A stretch of 64,000 bases of DNA from Bacillota bacterium (lineage in GTDB: Bacteria; Bacillota; DTU025): positions 96,001-160,000 of the forward strand of contig JBMNJT010000003.1 in the NCBI GenBank assembly GCA_050951805.1. The letters are read 5' to 3'. The notes under the pieces were generated by a model. The model did not search any database. It saw only the letters and a program-made list of their open reading frames with translations, and had not been told where the DNA came from. How positions within the stretch are numbered: the stretch's first letter is position 1; each line of letters starts with the position of its first letter. The position numbers were made by a program, and so were the translations under genes. Positions 59,974 through 64,000 of this stretch are shown here, piece by piece.

Positions 59974-62900
59974 TTGGCCTCGACATCGATATCGAGGTTC
60001 TACGACTGGTTCGTTGACACGCTCACAGATGAGAAGCTCGATCAGGTGATCGATGAGGTCGTGGGGGGCGCAAAACATGCGGGCGCACCGCGCAAGCGTC
60101 CCCCCAAAGGAGGCTCGCTGCCCATTCTGCCACCCGACTGGAAAACTAGGTTCAGTTCGGAACAGAAGCGAGAATTCGTGGCAATGATGTGGAAACGCGG
60201 CGTAAGGGAATTCACCGAGCACTTCCATGAGGAATACGCAGAGTGCAAGGAAAAAACAGACTCGTACACCCTCGACAAGATCGAGGATGAAAAGGACGAA
60301 CTGATCAGCGCCTACGGAGGTCCGGCTGTTGTCCTTTGCCTGGTGTTGCAGCCACTCGACTACAAGCAGGAACTGGGCCTTCGGATCATGGATGAGCTTG
60401 GCGACACGTGCAAAGCGCCTCGCCTCAGCGGACATGGGTCTTACGACTTGGCTTTAGGATTGCGAGATATTGCATCGGCGCTTCGCTCAGGCGAAATCGA
60501 TGTCTCTGAAGACTCGATGGAAGCTGCCCTTTCTGATGTAGCCAGAGCATGGGCCGAATACAAGGAGACAAGCGTGGAGAGGCTCATCACTCGGATCGAG
60601 TCGACGCTCAACTTGATGGCAGAGCCATACACCGCATATTCATCCTTTTTCAAGGTTGCCCCGGGCCTTCCTATGGAAATAGGCGCATATGATAGCCTTG
60701 ATGGGGATGACGCCCGGGCGGTCTTAGCCGAACTTGAGGCTGTGGCCGACAAGGTCAACGAGACACGTGAGTTGTTATCACGGCCAGGATTGAGTATCGA
60801 TGAAGTCGAAGAGCAGCTTACTGCCGCGAAAGCTGCGCATGAAGAAATAGCGGCGGCAACCGAACGGGTTATGACGCGCTTGCCCCAGAAGCCTAATCCC
60901 CCCGAGGATCCTACCCCCCAAAACGACTCAGACGGCAAGAAGATTCACCACACCCAACCGCCAACCCCGCCTGAGCCCGATCCCCAGTCCAAAGAAAAGG
61001 GATCTTGCTCGAAATCTACATCGGACTTGGATCCAGGATTGAATGGCCCCTCCGAGGGTGAACCTGAGCCAGAAGAGGAGCCGGACACTGACATAACATC
61101 AGATGAGGAGCCTGGCGAGGCAGAAGAGACTAGTAATGAGTGGGCTGATGGGGAATCCCCGAGTGCTGAAGCCTGTCCCGCACAGTCTGAAGCGGAGCCA
61201 GAGCCTGAAGCAGAACCCGAGCCGGAGATTGAATCGGTTAGGCTCCGCACTTGTCAACGGGAAGAGTTGTCCCAACCCTGTGATCTGAAGTCCGCTATCA
61301 GAGATGCGCTGGCCGCCAAGGATTACGTTGTCGCTTACTGGTTGGCTCGCGAAGCTGAAGCCAGTAATCGCGCCAGTTTAACGTTGCCTTCATGGCTCTA
61401 TGCCGCGTGCTGCCTGGGTTCGGGCGAGTACGCTGCGAACCCGTATGCTCTACGGGCCCTCGACATCATCTACACAGAGCATTCAGCCCCAATGAGCGAG
61501 ATACGTGGAGAGCGGAGGCCTGGCGAAAGCCATGCTCCCTATTACGTCATTGCCGCCTCCATTGGTCCCGCCTTGTTCTCTCCCGACTATGCGGCCTTGG
61601 AATGGTTGAGGGATGCAGAACGCAACCTTGGTGCCAAAGATGAGACCCTTGTCTTGCTGGTAAGAGAGGTCCTAGATCTTCGCGCGCGTGTGAGCGGGGG
61701 CGTAGCTTTCGCGCTTGGGACTCAAGATCAGCGAGCCTCAGCAGTTGATTGGGGCGAAATGGCCAGCATGACGGCTCGACGGATTGAAGATTGGGTCGAG
61801 GTTACAAGAACAGCCAGGAGCAGGTACCTTCACGCTACTCGGGCCCAAAACTACCTTGCTAGCGTTGAGTCGCCTCTTTGGCCTGCAATCGAAGCGGCTA
61901 TGAGCAATGACCCGAGCCGCATCGATACAGTGAATTCTGCATTGAACAGTGATCTATCAGGGCGTAAGGCCATGGAAACACTCATTGATAATGCGGTGAA
62001 GATTACTTCGGCCACAGCCCCGAAGCGAATAGCGCTCGAGGGGCGAACTCGGGACGACGTGCTCAAGAAGGTGGAAAACCTTGCCCAACTTCTTAGCGAC
62101 TGGAGCGCAGCCGTTGCCCATGAGAGAGCGTTCCAGTATGGCGGTGGCTCTGGTGAAGGTGTGACGGCCCGATTGAGGCATATCGGCAAGCTGGCTTCGG
62201 AAGCCAAAGGCCAACTCTCGGAAGATGGAGGATCTGCTACTGCTCTGTCGGATGCCCTTGAAATGGTGGCAAAAGCGATTGATGACGGCGTGCTGCCGCA
62301 ATCCGCGGATGGCACAAGCATGTGCGATAGCGCATGGAAACGCGAACTCGTGTGCCCTCTCTTGCTAATTGCCAACCCACCCGCTGAGGAAATATCTAAA
62401 TGGTTGGAACAGGGAAGCTTTGGGCTGCCCGACTTCGAGTCGACACGCAATGGGAAGCCGGGCTTTTCTGAAACCGCAAATCTCGCTGCTGAAAGTATGG
62501 AGGAGGCATTCTATGCCCACATCGTTCGCGGAGACTTTCCTGCGGCGCGGCTTGCCATGTCTTACCTGTCGCCCGTAGATGATGAGCATGAGTCAACTCG
62601 TTCAAAGATCAACGCCGCATATGACAGGGCTGTGAAAAGTCTGACTAGGGAAGCCATGAATAGCGTGAAGACAGCCCGCAACAAACTGGAGGAGTCGACT
62701 CTGATGCACTTCGTCAACGATGCGGCGCGAAGCCGGCTTGAAGGGGAACTTCTCACGGCCGAGGATTGGCTTGCAAGATCCCAAAGCGCTCCATCAGAAG
62801 CGGTGAATGTAGGAGAGGTATCCGCTCAAATCGATGCTGTCATGAGAGAACTCGATATCCTCAAGAAGGAACGCGCTCGATCATTGGCTCGACAGGTAGA

Positions 62901-64000
62901 AGAGTTCGATCATCAGTTGGATGTCGGACAGAAGGACCTGGCGCAAGAGGTTGCCAACGCGGCGCGGATGCATCTTCAGACTGCGCGCCAGAAGCTGGCG
63001 GAAAACGATCTTGTGTTGGCAGATCATTACATTGTCACTGCCGAGCAGGTGGTGGATCTTGGAGAGGTGTTTGAGGCCGAAGAGAAGTCTCCCAAAGATC
63101 ACCCATATGTTCTGGAGTTCTGCGACATTGCAGGCAAGATAGAGCGCTACTTGGAGGATTACAGAGGACGTCCCGCAGATCTCGTGTCAACGATTCTCCG
63201 CATCCGAAATCCTATCGGGCTCAATATGCGGCGCGTTCCCCCCAAGCGCGTCGAAGAGGCAGAGGCCGGCCTTGAAGCCTACTTCTTCCTCAAAGGCAAA
63301 CGAAGATCGGCAGATGAACCATGGTTTGCCGACAACCTCAAGCTGCTTTTGAGCTTTGTAGGGTTTGGCAGGCCGAAAGTATCACTCACTGCATATGACT
63401 CGCAGTACGCTTACTTCAAAGCCACCATGGATGGCGAGAATATGTCGCCCCTGGCCGATTTCGGTTCTGAGCGAAATCGTTGCTACGATGTGGTGTTGAT
63501 GTACGAGCGGCCTAGCATCACGCAGATGCGTCAGATACTTGGAAGGCACGGCCTGGAGACGTCTAGACCTGTTATCATCTACATGGGCAGAATGCGGCCT
63601 GCCCAAAGAGGAGAATGGAGTGCTGCCTGCAGGGCTGAAAGGATCACCGCCATGTTTATCGATGAGGTTCTTCTGGTCTTTCTCGCCTCAGTCAGAGACA
63701 ACAGACTGGAAGCTGCTGTAGAGTGCGGAACCGCCTGGGGGTGGGCGATGCCCTACAAATCAGCAGGTAAGATTCCCCCTGAGATCTTCATGGGACGGAA
63801 GCAGATGATAAGGCAGATAGGCGAGCCCCGTGGAAGCTCGCTTGTATATGGGGGTCGGCAATTCGGAAAGACGACCCTTCTGCACATGGTCGTACGCGAG
63901 TATCATCGTCCGGAGCGTGGAAGCTTTGCCTGGGTTGAGGAGATCAGGAATGTAGGTTCGCCTGAGGATCCCTATGGTTCCTCCCGGGTATGGCAACTCA
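59974..64000 (+). CDS. Giant (>1340 aa) STAND-type NTPase protein, 3' end outside window; absent from the ORF track
   Basis: Read manually: GGAGGG RBS, TTG at 59974, no stop in frame 1 to the window end; PY...IPPEIFMGR, then Walker A GGRQFGKT at 63850-63873. Confidence 0.88.
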   Translation, partial: MASTSISRFYDWFVDTLTDEKLDQVIDEVVGGAKHAGAPRKRPPKGGSLPILPPDWKTRFSSEQKREFVAMMWKRGVREFTEHFHEEYAECKEKTDSYTLDKIEDEKDELISAYGGPAVVLCLVLQPLDYKQELGLRIMDELGDTCKAPRLSGHGSYDLALGLRDIASALRSGEIDVSEDSMEAALSDVARAWAEYKETSVERLITRIESTLNLMAEPYTAYSSFFKVAPGLPMEIGAYDSLDGDDARAVLAELEAVADKVNETRELLSRPGLSIDEVEEQLTAAKAAHEEIAAATERVMTRLPQKPNPPEDPTPQNDSDGKKIHHTQPPTPPEPDPQSKEKGSCSKSTSDLDPGLNGPSEGEPEPEEEPDTDITSDEEPGEAEETSNEWADGESPSAEACPAQSEAEPEPEAEPEPEIESVRLRTCQREELSQPCDLKSAIRDALAAKDYVVAYWLAREAEASNRASLTLPSWLYAACCLGSGEYAANPYALRALDIIYTEHSAPMSEIRGERRPGESHAPYYVIAASIGPALFSPDYAALEWLRDAERNLGAKDETLVLLVREVLDLRARVSGGVAFALGTQDQRASAVDWGEMASMTARRIEDWVEVTRTARSRYLHATRAQNYLASVESPLWPAIEAAMSNDPSRIDTVNSALNSDLSGRKAMETLIDNAVKITSATAPKRIALEGRTRDDVLKKVENLAQLLSDWSAAVAHERAFQYGGGSGEGVTARLRHIGKLASEAKGQLSEDGGSATALSDALEMVAKAIDDGVLPQSADGTSMCDSAWKRELVCPLLLIANPPAEEISKWLEQGSFGLPDFESTRNGKPGFSETANLAAESMEEAFYAHIVRGDFPAARLAMSYLSPVDDEHESTRSKINAAYDRAVKSLTREAMNSVKTARNKLEESTLMHFVNDAARSRLEGELLTAEDWLARSQSAPSEAVNVGEVSAQIDAVMRELDILKKERARSLARQVEEFDHQLDVGQKDLAQEVANAARMHLQTARQKLAENDLVLADHYIVTAEQVVDLGEVFEAEEKSPKDHPYVLEFCDIAGKIERYLEDYRGRPADLVSTILRIRNPIGLNMRRVPPKRVEEAEAGLEAYFFLKGKRRSADEPWFADNLKLLLSFVGFGRPKVSLTAYDSQYAYFKATMDGENMSPLADFGSERNRCYDVVLMYERPSITQMRQILGRHGLETSRPVIIYMGRMRPAQRGEWSAACRAERITAMFIDEVLLVFLASVRDNRLEAAVECGTAWGWAMPYKSAGKIPPEIFMGRKQMIRQIGEPRGSSLVYGGRQFGKTTLLHMVVREYHRPERGSFAWVEEIRNVGSPEDPYGSSRVWQL

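Noticed and set aside
59944-63996. The many small ORFs listed in the track for 60-64 kb
   Set aside because: All overlap the single continuous frame-1 ORF starting at 59974 and are best explained as shadows of it.
1-64000. CRISPR array, tRNA or rRNA genes
   Set aside because: No regularly spaced direct repeats or recognisable structural RNA genes seen by eye; a covariance search was not run.

Overview
GC-rich bacterial chromosome window, most consistent with a motile, anaerobic, diderm (outer-membrane-bearing) Firmicute/Bacillota. Firmicute markers (grdD, degV, cheD, cheX, fliW, yvyF-like, sigma-D promoters) co-occur with flgA/flgH/flgI and an Omp85-type barrel gene. 1-28.4 kb: grdD (partial), PAS/GAF histidine kinase, DUF1848, a MoxR/DUF58/DUF4129 operon, nadE, a TetR-SCP2-M24-geranylgeranyl-reductase-like operon, an RsiV-like secreted protein, a GH73 hydrolase, a peptidase-propeller-Omp85 protein, a receiver protein, a dehydratase activase, a degV pseudogene, two MCPs, mobB, an APH-like kinase and cheX. 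28.6-45.9 kb: flagellar/chemotaxis cluster (flgF G A H I J, yvyF-like, flgM N K L, cheW A D Y B R, degenerate HD-GYP, fliW, flagellin). From ~45.9 kb to the end: an accessory/defence island with an ISLre2 fragment, a decaying IIC-like group II intron, hicAB and decayed XRE-ImmA-PIN modules. It also holds the most interesting element: an intact three-gene operon (1470-aa SF2 helicase with DUF1998-like Zn domain and a C-terminal RNase H-like module; a protein with two TBP-like repeats; a TPR + cold-shock/OB protein). Divergent from it is a >1340-aa STAND-NTPase ORF that the ORF track missed because it runs off the window. All family assignments come from reading motifs by eye; no searches were run.
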